Positions 12,016-25,619 of a DNA stretch of 64,000 bases are shown piece after piece. Location of the stretch: assembly GCA_028534125.1 (NCBI GenBank), contig CM052817.1, positions 69,318,001 through 69,382,000 of the forward strand. Direction: 5' to 3'. A model generated the notes under the pieces. That model searched no databases and was not told the origin of the DNA. It saw only the letters and a list, made by a program, of their open reading frames with translations. Made by a program: the position numbers and the translations under genes. How positions within the stretch are numbered: position 1 is the stretch's first letter; each line of letters opens with the position of its first letter. The DNA is from Lama glama (taxonomy: Eukaryota).

Positions 12016-12885
12016 ATATATTAGGTACAGATATTATAGAATCCACAATTTCTTTGATACCAAGATTTCTGAAGTCACCAGTTGTTTACATTTCTGTGCT
12101 AGAAGGTGTGAGCATTCACAGTATATAAAGGAGACAGATCTTAATTTGGATTTGCTTATAATTAGAAGGGAAAGGAAGACAAGTAAACATCAATAATGCA
12201 ATTCTATATCCAATGTAGTAGTTATGTTGAAACCTGATTCAAATAGAGGCCCTGTTCTTACTAATATTCTATATTACCCATTAAGAAACTTTATATTCTT
12301 CTGAAGCTAACATTACTCTTTCCAAATTAATTCTCTATTTGTAACAAATGAACTATTCCCCCAGTTTTAGCATCTATATTGAGGTTCTTTTTTCCAAATA
12401 ATGTTGACAAACAATTATCAATATGGAGGCTGTGACTTATTATTATTACGGATGTATTCAGAGTGGGGCAGGATTAATCCTCTTTACTATAATGTTCTGA
12501 TGCATTGAGATGTTTCTAAGAGCCAAAATTACAAATCAAACAATTCTGAATCTCTGAATGAATCTTCATGGTCAGACCACTACATTTTACTCATTTCACT
12601 AGAGAAGAATGAGTGATTCCATGCCTTGAGGATGGCTGTGACTTTATACCCAAGTTACTCTTTAAAATGAGTTTTCATTGATAAATAGAACAAATAATTT
12701 TGTAAAACTAGTTGATTCCAAATAACTAACCTGGTGGAAATCTGATCTAAAGTAATTCTGATCCACATGCAATACTATATGTAGTATTTAGTCCAAAATA
12801 AAGTAAATGGGCTAATGTGACCTTTCTTTGAGATGCACATGGAACAGGTGATAAAATTCACTGACCTTTCTAAACTCTATAGAGT

Positions 12886-13024
12886 ATAGGGAGGGTATAG
12901 ACAGCTCAAGTGGTAGAGTTTGTGCTTAGCACGTGCAAGGTTCTGGGTTCAATCCCCAGTACCTCATTTTAAAAAACAATTAAATAAATAAACCTAATTA
13001 CCTCTTCCACCCAAAAAACCAAAG
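12886..13024 (+). mobile_element. tRNA-Ala-derived SINE (Vic-1-like, camelid) with 15-bp TSD
   Basis: A box cagctcaagtgg (12902-12913), AGC anticodon remnant (12928-12930), B box ggttcaatccc (12946-12956), A-rich tail. TSD taaact(c/t)tatagagt at 12871-12885 and 13025-13039. Confidence 0.9.
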
Positions 13025-16000
13025 TAAACTTTATAGAGTGACATAAGTTATTAAGAATCTCTGGCTTAATGCTGAGCTTCACTTGTCAAGATACCAATGA
13101 AATAACCATATTTGAATCCAAAGCATTCCAGGTCATATCTGTAAGAAAGCATACAATGTACTGTTATAGTATATAAGGGGGATGGGCCCATTTACCATTA
13201 GACATAAACAATAGAACTTCCCTAGATAAGTATGATGCAGTGTGACTTATGTGCTCTGATATGTAAAGAATGATTAATTATAGAAGCCAACAAGTTCTAG
13301 GAGAAATATCATTTGGAACACCAATACATGAGCCACATGCCAAATGAAAATTTTACTCTGCTGGAACATGCTTGGGTTTCAATTCAAGGAAGGAAGAATA
13401 AAATGATATGTAGGATTGTACAAGAACTTTACATTTCAGAGACATGATAGGAAAAGAAGTATGTCTCAAGAGACAACTTCAGAGAAAGGGGTGATTTCTG
13501 AGTCTGTCCAAGTTTCCAGAAGACTGTGATAAAAATTTTTCCACAAATACAAAATTCACTGAGAAAATCAGGAGGAGAATGGGGTGAAGAAGCTTGGGAG
13601 AGGAATTTTCAGTCCACTTAGTAAATCTACTAACTTTGTAAATCTACTGAGGTCTCCAGAACATGCATAGCCCATTCCAGATATAGTAAACACAGAATAA
13701 TAGACCATGTTTTTTATATATTCATTTTTGCATTATTTATTAAGAAAACACAGGTATAATCATTTTTTACTTCTTTAGAGTCTCACTCATGCACATACCT
13801 TTAATATTGTCTCTGAGTTCAACTGAGACAGATTTATAAAAGCAGGAAAAAGATTTTACCAAGTACATATGACTCATTCTTAAGATAAGTTAACTACTCA
13901 GACCCATGGGGAAATGGGGATACTTATAATTGCCCATCAGAAAAAGCATGCTTTGCATAAACTATTACACTAAGGAAGTGATAAATATATAATGTGTATA
14001 AGGAACACTAGAGAAGTCAAAGAACATAATACATTTTGTATCTTTCATAATTTTTCTATAGAGCAGTACAAACATGAAATTGTTTTTTCAGCTCTTCCCT
14101 CTTAGTGGCTGATTTGAAAATAAGCTTACTTCAGTGTTGATCACAGCTATTTGTAGGAGTTTTTTGTGTCATACCTAAAAGGTGCTGAAATAGATTTCCT
14201 TCTATGCAAAATTATTTTGGTACATTACACATATATCCCAAGCTTCAGTGACATTTGGTTATCATTAAACGACTACAGTGAATGTAAAATAAGAAAGGGG
14301 AAACATTCCAGTTCTTATGCAATCATTTAGAATTCTTTAACTCCTTTAGAACCAAGAATTATTTTCTTTGTTAACAGAACAATAGAATTCTTAGGCTTGA
14401 AAAATAAAAAAATATGGAGTTCTTCAGTAGAAGAGTTGCAAAACCACAGTATTTCTGAAACAAGATATCATTAATTATACATTCTGCCTCAAACTTCATG
14501 CCAATTTTCTCCTTGACAAACTACAGATAGATATTTCTTGCCATAATATTTTATATAAGAAATAATAGGTTTGAGGCAAGATTATCCTACTAAGGACTGA
14601 TGTTACAGACTTGGTTGAATCTTGTCCTTGCTTAAGCCTATTTGTGACCAAGTGTATCCAGAGTGACATACACTTTTGACTTTTATTCAGCCTTTATTCT
14701 TGGCAAAAACTCATGGTCAGTATTGCCCAAGTGATGTCCTGGTCTTGGCCCTGGTTCCCTATATAGCTCTGTTGGGAGAATCATAGCTCTTTTGGGAAAA
14801 TAAAGACTGGGAGAAATGGCCTACTAACTAATCAAATAATTTTAAAGAACATAAAAGTCTTCTGTGTTCTAACTGCACCCATTTTTTTTTACACATGTCA
14901 TTTGTTTCTTTGACCAGCACAAATATGTCTGATGTTGAGAACAGAATGTCCTTCCTATATGCTGAAAACATGACTATGTCACAAAATGTCAGGACTCTAA
15001 AGGGGAAATTGAGTCTGCTTACCAACTATTATCAGAAAAGTTGGCTTAAAATCATTTACTTTAAAACCAAAATTACTTGGGTCAGTTATTTTTCAAAATG
15101 TAAGTGATCCTATCAACACCATATCACAAGATAATTAATTTACTTAGTTACATGTACATTTGTAACTAATTCATCCTGGCATATTCACCAAGGAAATTAG
15201 TTTCTTAAACAGGATGTTTCAACAGTGCAGATGCTGAGATATTTTTCTCTATAGCCATAGAGGGGGGCTGTTAACTTGTGCTTTGAAAATATTCCAGTCT
15301 AAATCATCTTGGTTGCATTGTATGGTGAGGAACTTTGGGTACTTAATAACTCATTTGTTCTGATGCTGAAAAAGACTCAGAAACTGTTTCTTAAATAAAC
15401 TCTTGGACCACCTATTCTATTGGCTCACCTCAGTGTGGAAATTGGGTGGCCATCTATTCAAGAAGTAGTGTTGATTTTTTATCTAGTTTTCACAAGAGGT
15501 TTTCAACCCTCCTGTTCATTTAGTTGATTTTTAAAATATGGAGTCTGTCCTTAATCAGTAACAAAGAATTGTTTATTGCCAGAGAACATACTTTCAAACT
15601 GTTTGCTAGCTAATTTCTATCAAAAGCCATTTGAAAGGAATTTCATTTCTGGAGACTGTTCTGGGAAAAAAAATGAAGTGTATATCTCTCCCCAGACATC
15701 CTAGTTTTTAACCCCTGAATCATGCTGTACTATTTACTTAGCCTCTGACAGGATATTTTCTTTGTTGTATTTGACATTATCCCCTTGGCTTACATTAATG
15801 AGTGCCCTAAAAATGCTTTATGAAATGGACTACTATAGTTACTCAGTAATGCTATTAAAATGTCATCCACTACACAACCCAGAATCCCCTATACAAAGAC
15901 CCTCTCAAGATAGGAGCCTTTATGCCTGACCTTACAAAAAACTAGTGTGTCTTTTCCTTAAATGATAATGATTCCTATAAACTGATCACAGTTCCTTTTT

Positions 16001-16307
16001 CTTTAACTTCCAAGAAGCTCAGAGTTGAATGTATTAATTAAAAGTATGTTATTTTCAAAGTCTTTATAGTATGTATTTCTTGATTTCAAATCTTCTATAG
16101 AAAAAAAACTTTCAAAAAGTTTGGTCTTTTTTTTTCTATATTGTTCATGGTCTTGAATTTTTTAACTTATACATGTATATCTGGCTATTGCGTATATCAC
16201 TGAAAGACATTCCAAGACATTTTGTAGAACAAGCTGTGTTCTAGCTAAAAAGAAGTAAAATAATCAGATATCCCACTATATTATAAAAAGTATTGATGAA
16301 AGCAAAC

Positions 16308-16395
16308 ACATGCATATGTATGACTAAAACGTGCTGTGCACCAGAAATTGATGCAACATTTTAAACTGACATTTGAACTTCAATAAAAAGAAAAG
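16308..16395 (+). mobile_element. Very short young L1 3' end
   Basis: gtgctgtgcaccagaaattga ... aaactgac ... cttcaataaaaa matches 2866-2920. Confidence 0.85.
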
Positions 16396-17140
16396 ATACT
16401 GAAAAAGATATGAGTGGGGGAGGAAAAAAATAGTGAGATAAAGTGGTGAAGGAAAAATCATTCGAGCACTAAAGGTGAGTAAAATGAAGGTAGTAATTAG
16501 TGAAATTAGAAGTAAAGAATATGAGGATAATGTATAGTAAGATTGAAGGAGACTCTGGCAAAAAAAGATGAAAATAAATACAGATTCAATGTAGCAGATG
16601 AAAAGAAATATAAACCAAGAGGCAGAAGTCTGCAGGCAGTAGACAAATAAATTGAATACTTTGACACACACAGGAGCAGCCCAACCATTCAAGTAATGTG
16701 CCAACTAGACAATGCGCACTGCAGCTGTGCGTCAACCGTGCAATAAACCAGAATCAGATCAGGTCACCATCTTTCATGCCATCATGTACGTAGGTTCATA
16801 ATGTATATTTCAATAAAAATGACAGTCACAACAATTCTCAATACATCGCCAAACATTTAAAATCCAGTTGTTACAAAGTTACTCTTTCTTAGTATGCTCA
16901 AATCTATGAATTCACTTAATCAATAAACTCAAACTCAGTGAAAATAGCTTTCCTCTTTCAATGCTTTGAAGGGTGACCCCTGGCATCACACTCAGAAGAA
17001 TGAGGTAGAGGGGACCACAGAGGGAAGGGTGGTGATGAGCTCGTGCTTCTCCTTCCTATGATCTTCTCAAATAATGCACTTGCATTTCCCTTTCCCTCTC
17101 AATGGTTTACTTCTGCCAGGAAGACCTGAATTGCTAGAGT

Positions 17141-17327
17141 GGTGGTTGTCAAGGGTGGTCCCTTGACCAACTGCAATAGTACCATCTGGGAACATGTTAA
17201 GATGCAGATTCTGGGGATCTACCCAGACCTACAGAATCAGAAATTCTGGCAGCGGGGCTCTTGCAATCCGTGTTTCAGTGGACCCTTTAAGGGTCCTTAA
17301 TGTATGATCAAATTTGAGAACCAGTGG
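17141..17327 (+). mobile_element. MER5A (hAT-Charlie MITE)
   Basis: Degenerate TIRs gtggttgtcaa / tttgagaaccagtg, with core cccagacctacagaatcagaaattctgg. Confidence 0.88.
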
Positions 17328-18119
17328 ACTAAAGGAACACATGGATATAAGGAACAGATGTCTGCTCATTCACAGGCATATTAAACATGAGGTGATAATA
17401 TGAATAAAGGCAAAGTTAGAAAAAGAGAATGGAAAATCACAGAAAAAAAGAAAATAAGCAAGCGACATTTTGCCATTTGCTTGTTCCAGAGACTCAAATG
17501 TGTATTTGAACATTCATATTCTAATTTTTAAAATTTTGCTATTTGTACATTTTTATCTATGCTCTTTTTCATATTTGGTTTGTCTGAAAAGAGGAAGTTC
17601 GACACTAGGTTTACTGTGCAAAACTAGCGATAAGACTTCGCATTCTCTAGACTTTCTTAACTCATTATTCTCAGACAGAGAGCATAACTCACCCTCAATT
17701 CCTAAATCATTCTGCAAATGATCGAGTTTCCTCTTAGCTTTTGCTCCATACAAGGATCAACATCACCAATGCAATTCCGTCACCCCTGAGGTAAGACTCT
17801 GCAGCTGTTTAAACAGTCCATGCCCTGTAACAACACGCCAGCGTAGGGCAGGAAGCAAAGAAGGATTCTATTTCTAATTGAACCTCTGCTGGGAATTGAA
17901 ATATGTGGTATTTGATTTCTTGTATTAGAATTCATCTGCTTATCATAAACTTTTCAGTGGCACCCTTCCTCTCACCCTCCAAGTACTGTCACTCTGAAAT
18001 ACCCTTCTACACCTGCAACTACTCCTTAAGTTTGGTCTTTCAACAACTGGATCTGGTGCTATCTTTTCTGAAAGCAGGTATCTTTAGCACTGAAATGTCT
18101 CCACATTGTTAAGAAGGGG

Positions 18120-18490
18120 AAATTGCAACCTGGTCCCTTATCAGTAGAGATGATTTAGAGAAAAGCAATGAAGATGATCCTAAAAAGAAAGGCTTAAGTA
18201 TTGGATTATTTGGCCTGAATGAGAGAAGATTAATGGGTAGATTGACCACATAATTCTCAGATTTTAAATCTGGGAAAGTTTTCAGAGCAAAGGCAGGGAG
18301 TGGCTATTACAGATTTTGCCAAGACAACTGACCCACGCTGGGACTGTTTTGGGCAAACAAGGAACATGCTCACTCTATTCATCAGAGACTTTTTGGCTGA
18401 CTTCAAGTATATGAAGGATTTTAATGAGAAAAATATTTATCATTTACTCTCCATATCCATGAAAGGCCAAATAAGAATAAAAGCAGGATG
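18120..18490 (+). mobile_element. CR1/L3 LINE remnant interrupted by MER94
   Basis: ggattatttggcctgaatgagagaagattaatggg and cttcaagtatatgaagg are adjacent CR1 ORF2 3' segments. Confidence 0.65.
18238..18377. mobile_element. MER94-like hAT-Blackjack MITE
   Basis: TIR-like ends tagattgacca / gctcactcta, with internal gggactgttttgggcaaac. Confidence 0.7.
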
Positions 18491-20589
18491 GATTTTGTTT
18501 TGCTCACATGTTTATTGAGAACCCTGCTATCACTGGGCTCATTATCTAATTATTAAACATGATTATATAAATTTAAAATTTCATTATCCAGTTACTAGTT
18601 CCATAATGAGATCATCTTGACTTCAAAATATTAATTGTAAAAGTAGATACTGTGGGAGGGGTCGAGTTGAAATCCATGGGGACTCCCTGCCTCTGCTCAT
18701 AATTAACTGTCCTGAAATACACTAGCAGCTTGATCAGTTTTTGTGTATTGTGTTAAAATTACGCAGTTATAAAGTTCTCTGGAAGCAAAAGACTACGATA
18801 TTCTTTCCAGGTTTCTTCCTAATCTATATAGTTCAAGATATCTTTTTAGTTATTTATAGGTCTTCCATGTACAACTATTCTCTCACCTTGTCTGTACACT
18901 GCTGAGGGTTGAATTATGGAAAGCCATTCAAGAATGTGTAGGCGAAGCAGTTCCATAGTGTTTTGTTGGTTTTCTATTTTTAATATATTGTTCTCTGTAG
19001 ACACTTTTCCTTTGAAGCACTCAGAATCTCCGCACACTGCAAAATCTGGTGTTTATCTGACGGATCAGATTTGATAATTAGATTTGACATAATCAGATTT
19101 AATTATAAAATTTGAAACATAGAATTCTGACTTTCAGGAGCAAGAATTACTACAACATATTTGGATGGATGGAAGAAAGGAAGGAAGGAAGGGAGGAAGG
19201 GTATATAGTAGGAAATTTTTCTCAAATAATACTTCCCCAAAACATTTTATGTCTTTAAGAAGTGCTGAAATTAATACCAACTTTTGCTACATTTCTCATT
19301 TCTTCCAGATCTCCAGATACAAAACAAGACTTTAAGAATTATGAAGGACAGAGAACATACTTTCATAAAATAAGAAATACCAAGGTTTATTAATAAATTC
19401 TACTTTTACCAAGGAATTAAGGTGATATAACTGATCAATTCAGTGAATTCTAAATTTAAAAATAACACTTTTTTTGTTAGTGTCAAGAAGCAAAAACAAA
19501 TTGTTATTTCAGATAAATATTTTTTTTGCCTCCTAGTCAATTGATCTAACATTGGATAGATATAGCCGAAGAGTTCTCAAATACACAGCATGATCAGTCA
19601 TGCACTACTCTGTTATCAGTCAAATATGTACTTTCCTCTTTTCTCTTTATAACATTGCGTGCAACTCAGGACTAACACCAAACACATGATACAGAGAAGC
19701 AGTTTCCAGGCAAAGTCCCTCATGAGGAAAGATCAGTCCCAACTGAGAGTTCTTGGAAGGCTTTACAAAGAAGAGCTTTGCTGAACAGGGTACAATTCAT
19801 AGCAAGAAAAGGATAAAGAAGTAAGAAGTCACTGAGAAAACCAATTTTCCTTTAGTAGAGATTTAATTGGGGGTAATGGTAAGAGAAAAGGCCAAACATT
19901 TATTGGGATGAAAGTTCCAGTAGAGGGGTTTGAATTTTATCCTCTGGGCGGAAGAAACCACTGCAGATTATGGAAGGGGATTTCAGAGTCTGTAAGAATT
20001 AAACTGGTAGCAATGTACACCAGAGAGCAATTTTTGAAACACATACACAAGTATGGATTTTATTCATCATCAGAGAGTGAGGCTAATGAGGATTTCAATT
20101 AAGGTAGGAATGATGATAGTGGTAAGAAAAAGATAAATGCAAAATACAGTTTAAAAGACTAATCTAGGTGATATTATTACTGGCTGAACATGAGGGTCTA
20201 ATAAGAGGAAAGAATTTTAAAATTCTAAAGTATGAGTCTTCCTGACTGGGACTACTGAGGTACCATTGATTGAAACAACCATGTCTGAGTAGGGAGCACA
20301 TGGTGAAACATGGAGATCATAAGTGGAAGAAAAAAGTTTGATCTAAGCCATATTAAATATAATGAGTCGATAGAAAATTCCAGCAAAAATACTGAGTAAA
20401 CAGTTGATGATGTGAACTGGTAGAGATGCAATGTTTGAAGCTGAGGAAACAAATCAGATCTTTGATATACAGAATGTATATGAAACTGATCAGATTTTTG
20501 GCACACAGATTTGATATACAGAATGTAAATGAAGTAATACATATGCCAAGAATGGAAACCCAGGGAAAGGACCCAGTAAAGGAAACAGA

Positions 20590-21277
20590 GCAAAGAGAGA
20601 ACTGTGAATCCTAACTAGGTATTTCTAAAATGGAATTTAGTGCAGGGAATGGTTCACAGGTATCAGATAGCTGTAAGAACAGAAAATGGATGCTGAGGTC
20701 GTACAGAGACTGACAACTGTAGGAAGCAGCTACTATCCCTTGGGCTGCGAAAACAAAGGAGAAGAGGTAGTAATGCCAGAACCTAGAATTTGGAGGAAGG
20801 GTCCGATAGAGCTTATGTTTAGTCCTTTGGAGAAATCTCCTTGAAACTGGTTCTCAGAGTTCTAGTCTGGTAGGTGCCAAGAATTCAGTGGAGGAGACAT
20901 AGCTTCTCAGATGCCCAGAAGAGCATGCCCCAGTATGTGAGGGGATGTGGCAGCATCTCATACTCCAGTCTTTAAAGGAAGTATGTTCTCATTACTAACA
21001 GATGGTGGAAGTGGCAAAAGAAGCTGGAGACTGCAGCCAACTGTCTGCTGTTACAGGAACAATGCTGCTAAAGACTGGAAAAACAGAAAGGAAAGCCTCT
21101 CTCCCCCCTCACCTTCCAACCTCTCTCTAGGGCCCCCTACTGGCAGGACCTAACAGGAAGCCAGCTGATAAGGAAATCTGGGAAAAGTTATTTATAGAGT
21201 TCCATGCCTAGCCTTATAGAGCAGAATAGAAAAGGGCTTCTTAAGAGTTGAGAGACAATAGGAAAATAATCAGCACA
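20590..21277 (-). mobile_element. ERVL solo LTR, LTR41-like
   Basis: caactgtaggaagcagctact ... ctagggccccctactggcaggacctaacaggaagccagctg ... gagagacaatag ... cagcaca. Confidence 0.72.
21128..21146 (-). promoter_or_regulatory. CTCF motif within the LTR41-like element
   Basis: The minus strand reads ctgCCAGTAGGGGGCccta, matching CCASYAGRKGGC. Confidence 0.55.
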
Positions 21278-22699
21278 TCTAGAGAGGAACATGTTACAGA
21301 AGCCCAAGGAAGAGTGAGGTTTCTATATGAAACGGGAGGAAAACTCCGACAAATGCTGGAAATAGGTCAAAGAGAATGGACTAAGCAAGGACTTTGAATT
21401 CCGTGATTAAGTTAAAGAAATGTTTTTAAATAGCTAAGTGATGGAGCAAATTCTCACGAAAAACAGTGACTCCTCTCAATGTCTTTGGTTAACCTGTGTC
21501 AGTTTTCCCATTACTTTATGAACTTTAAAAAGATTAAATAAAACTTATATTATATCTATAGTGAATAATAAATAATATTCCAAAACGTCTGCAACAAAAC
21601 CAAAAATACTTTCAAATAAATTATTAACACTGAAGTATGAAATATTTTAATTTTACCACAATAGTACTGGCTTGCTTAAGAAATTTACATTTATAAAATA
21701 TATTAGTCTCTACTTTTCCAATTGTCACCAATACATTTTTAAAATTCTTATTGAATTCCTTCTGGGTTATTGAAAAGGCATGAGTAGCCCATGTAGGAAC
21801 CAAGGATTTGCTATTGTGTTAGAATGCCACTGGCACCGCAGTGGAGAGCCTCAGCATGAGAGTGGCATAAAGAAAATTCTCTTCCTCCCTCCCGCAGAGA
21901 AGAGAATCCCATCCCACCATCATCTCTGCTCTTTCCCTTCCTCCCCCACAGAGCCTAAAAAATCTGCCTAGAATGTACATTCCACAGTCCTCTGAAGTAT
22001 TATAGTAATATTAATAAATTCCTTACATGACATTTGGACAAAAGCCAGTAATAGATATAAAAACCTAGGTGTCTCTCAGGTCTGAAATGGGTTTAAAAAA
22101 TTCTCCATGCTTAAGGAAAAGGAAAGCTAAGGTTTGGTAACTAAGTGCAGTGGTTTTCATATTAAGTATTAGGAGACCAGCTTAAGCTAAATACTGTGGG
22201 TATTCTGCACTTATTTGCATGAAAGAGGATAGACTGGCACCATGTTCTGTTAGTGGAGCGGATCAGAGGGTAAAAGGTGTTAAATAATCCCAGTGTCATG
22301 CGAAAGAAAAAAGAGGTGGAATGAAAGTCTAATACAATGGTAAAGCCTCCTCTTTTGCTAAGTTATCTCCCTTTTCCCTTAATAGACAATACATTACATA
22401 TTCAGGGAAATTCTTTCAAACCTCTAAAGTGCTATTTTCTAAAGTTGTGCCTCTGAACACCCTGGATTTCTTTATTTTTCCTACCAATCTTTGTTTAGAA
22501 AACTACATGTAAATGTATTTTACAGACACGCACATGCACACACACCCACAAGCAGCACAGTTTAGAGAGACTACTGGACAAATTGCTATTTGGTAGAGAA
22601 ACAGGAGCACATCCTAGGCAAGTAGAGTTGTGTCATAGTTAATCGGTATTGATTCCATAAGTCATCTTATAAGATAAAATGTACATATTTATATATAAT

Positions 22700-22890
22700 A
22701 CTTATTATTCACTACTGCTGTGTTATACTATTTCTGAATAAATACTCAGCCATATAAGCCAGGTAATATTATTCCCATTTGGCATATGAAGAAACGGAGG
22801 ACAAAAAAGAATCTTGTCTAAGCTCATAGAGCTCTATGCCAGAATTAGAAAAAGCTCTAATGTCCAAGCTCTTTCCACTAAGCTGCACTG
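22700..22890 (-). mobile_element. MIR SINE
   Basis: aggtaatattattcccatttggcatatgaagaaacggagg ... tccaagctctttccacta. Confidence 0.75.
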
Positions 22891-24524
22891 CAAAAATGCC
22901 TATCTACACTTTAACCAATGCAGAGCAACTGATACTTCTGGTCTTCTGTTGGTCACAATGCTGTGTGAGTGCTAAGAGGCATCACTGACTCATCTGTTTA
23001 GAAAAATGATGCTCTTGGATCCATACTTAAGAACCAGTCTGCCACCAGCTACATAGATACAGCCCAGCAAACTGTAACAGAAAGTCCTTCAGAAAGATCA
23101 GGCTGAGCCCTGATGAAGGCAGTGACTGCTGCTCTGTGTGAGGAATCTGGCTCACAACTTGAGAGAGAGAGACCTCTGATATTTTTAAAAGAGAAGTAAG
23201 TTTTTCCACTGAAGCCAAGAATCTGGTATCAAGGGCACTGAGGGCTTCACGTTGCATGGCCGTGGACTGTTTCTCTCATACTCATCAGGGAATCTCCACC
23301 AACTATCACTGCCTGGCAGAGAGATCAACTGAATTTGTTGAATGAATGAGCTGAAAAGAGCTGACATGCCTTGGATTTCTAAATACTGTTTGGAGATTCA
23401 AAGATAAGAAACCAAGACCTAAAAGAATAGCACATATTCCTGAAAGTTGCTCCTTAGGAAACTGCATTCCCAGTGCATGAGAAGAAGCTGATGGCTGGGC
23501 AAGGATCTGTAATCACGAGGGGTGTTCCTGGGCTAGTAAATGACTAAGGAAATCACACTATTTTCTTCACTCTCAGAAAGTATAGCACAACCATTACTTG
23601 TACCCTCTCCAAACACATATAATGGATAAATTCTGACTGAATGACCCAGTAATAAACAGCTGTTTCTCCTATGATTAAGAGAAAACATTTTGTTTTGAAA
23701 ATGTATTTTACTTTTAAGGTTCCTTTGGGATTTATTAGATTGAGAAAGTGAGGGAGTGGGGAGAGAAGAAATCTGAGTGTTTTTAAGAAATAAAAAATAT
23801 TTTGGCAATATCCTCAACATCTAAGATACCTGAAATTAGAATTATTCTCAGAGGACGCAGAGCTATTCACACAGCCAAAACTCTGATCCTCAGCCAACTG
23901 CATGTACACTGCGCTGAGATCCAAACTAAGTCCTGCATTCCAAAAGTACTACCCTGGCTCTCACAGCAGCTCAAATCTCCATCAGAACGAATCACAGCAG
24001 CTGGGAACCAGGCATATCTGTTAGAGTGCATAAGGCTGGAAAATAATATAATTCAAAGGTATGTTGACCAATATAGCTGAAACTCAGTATAAAATCACAC
24101 ACCTCTAGGACTGTAAGAAACAAAGTTCAAAACAGAGCCATGAGAGACTATCAAGTTACAGTTTTTAAAAATATTGTGGGTGAATAATTGTGGCAAATGG
24201 TCCATGATTATGTTCAAGTACTAAGCTTTAGCTGTTGACTGACTATGAAATGCATCTTAGTATATGTTAAACATATATTACATATTACACATTATGCATA
24301 TGACATATTATATATTATAGAGAAGGACTTATACAACATCTTTCAAATACATGTAGGTACAGTTGTGTTTAATATGATACAAATTTAGTTTTAAGTGTCA
24401 CTGTGTATGTAGTCACTTTTAATTTATTACACATCTTCCTAACAGATATTGAAAGGGTAAAAAAATTTTGAAAGATGTGAAAAGTTTTTATCTTTTTTGT
24501 ATAATTTCTCTATATGTGGAATCT

Positions 24525-25595
24525 TTTTTTAAACATGAAGTATAATTTACATGTATTTTGTATTAGTTTTAGGTATACAACATAATGATTTGATGTATGC
24601 ATATACTGCAAAATGGTTACCACAATAAGTTTAGTTAACATCCATCACCACTCATAGTTACAAGGTTTTTTTCCTTGTAATGAGAACTTTTTAAGATTTA
24701 CTCTCTTCACAATTTTCAAATATACAATACACTGCTGTTAACTACAGTCACCATGCTGTACATTACATCTCCAAGGAGTTATTTATAGCTGCAAGTTTGT
24801 ACCTTTTGACCGCCTTCACCCATTTCACCAACCCACCCCTTCCTCCTGCCAGCCTCTGGCAACCACCAATCTGTTCTCTATATCTATGAGTTTGGGGTTT
24901 TTAGGTTTCACATGTAAGTGAGATCATACAGTATTTATCTTTTTCTGTCTGACTTAGTTCACTGAGCAAAATACCCTTAAGTTCCCTCTACATTGTCACA
25001 AATGGCAGGATTTCTTTTTGTGGCCAAGTAATATTCCTCTGTGTGTGTGTATAAAAAATTTTATTTACCCATTCATCCATTGATGATTAGGTTATTTGTT
25101 TCCACATCTTGCCTATTGTAAATATTGCTGCAGTGAACATTCTTTGGATGCATACCCAGAAGTGGAAATGCTGGATCATATGGTAGTTTTATTTTTAATT
25201 TTTTGAGCAACTTCCATACTGTTTTCCATACTGATTGCACTAATTGACATTCCCACCAACAGTGGACAAGCATTCCCTTTTCTCCACACCTTTGCCAACC
25301 CTTGTTACCTCTTGTCTTTTGATAATAGCCATTCTAACAGTTGTGAGGTGATAACTCACTACGGTTTTGCTTTGCGTTCCTCTGATGGTTAGTGATGTTA
25401 AACATGTACCCCGTTGGCCCTTTGCATGTCCTCTGGAAAAATGTCTGTTCCCCTGCCCAGTTTTTAATTGAATTTTTTTCTATTGAATTGTCTGAATTCT
25501 TTATATACTTTGGATATTAACCCCTTATCAGATATATAATTTGCAAATATTTTCTTCCACTCGATAGGTTGTCTTTTTATTTTGTTGATAGTTGC
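24525..25595 (-). mobile_element. L1MA9/L1MA10-like 3' end (3' UTR and ORF2 C-terminus)
   Basis: ORF 25073-25273 (HCWWECQLVQSVWKTVW..LPYDPAFPLLG). The UTR contains accacaataagtttagttaacatccatcacc. Confidence 0.88.
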
Positions 25596-25619
25596 ATGGT
25601 AAAGGTATCTAAATCTAAA

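Larger units (their letters stand above)
19900..21420 (-). mobile_element. L2 remnant split by an LTR (L2 parts ~19900-20590 and ~21278-21420)
   Basis: gggtttgaattttatcct ... gaggtaccattgattga ... acaaatgctggaaataggtcaaagagaatg is purine-rich antisense L2 that continues across the LTR. Confidence 0.6.

Noticed and set aside
12889..12966. tRNA-Ala(AGC) gene
   Set aside because: It has a TSD, an A-rich tail, a 4-nt insertion near the 5' end and broken stems, so it is a SINE.
23113..23201. ATG-to-donor frame MKAVTAALCEESGSQLERERPLIFLKE|gtaagt
   Set aside because: Weak Kozak context, no promoter features and no recognised protein. Compatible with chance.
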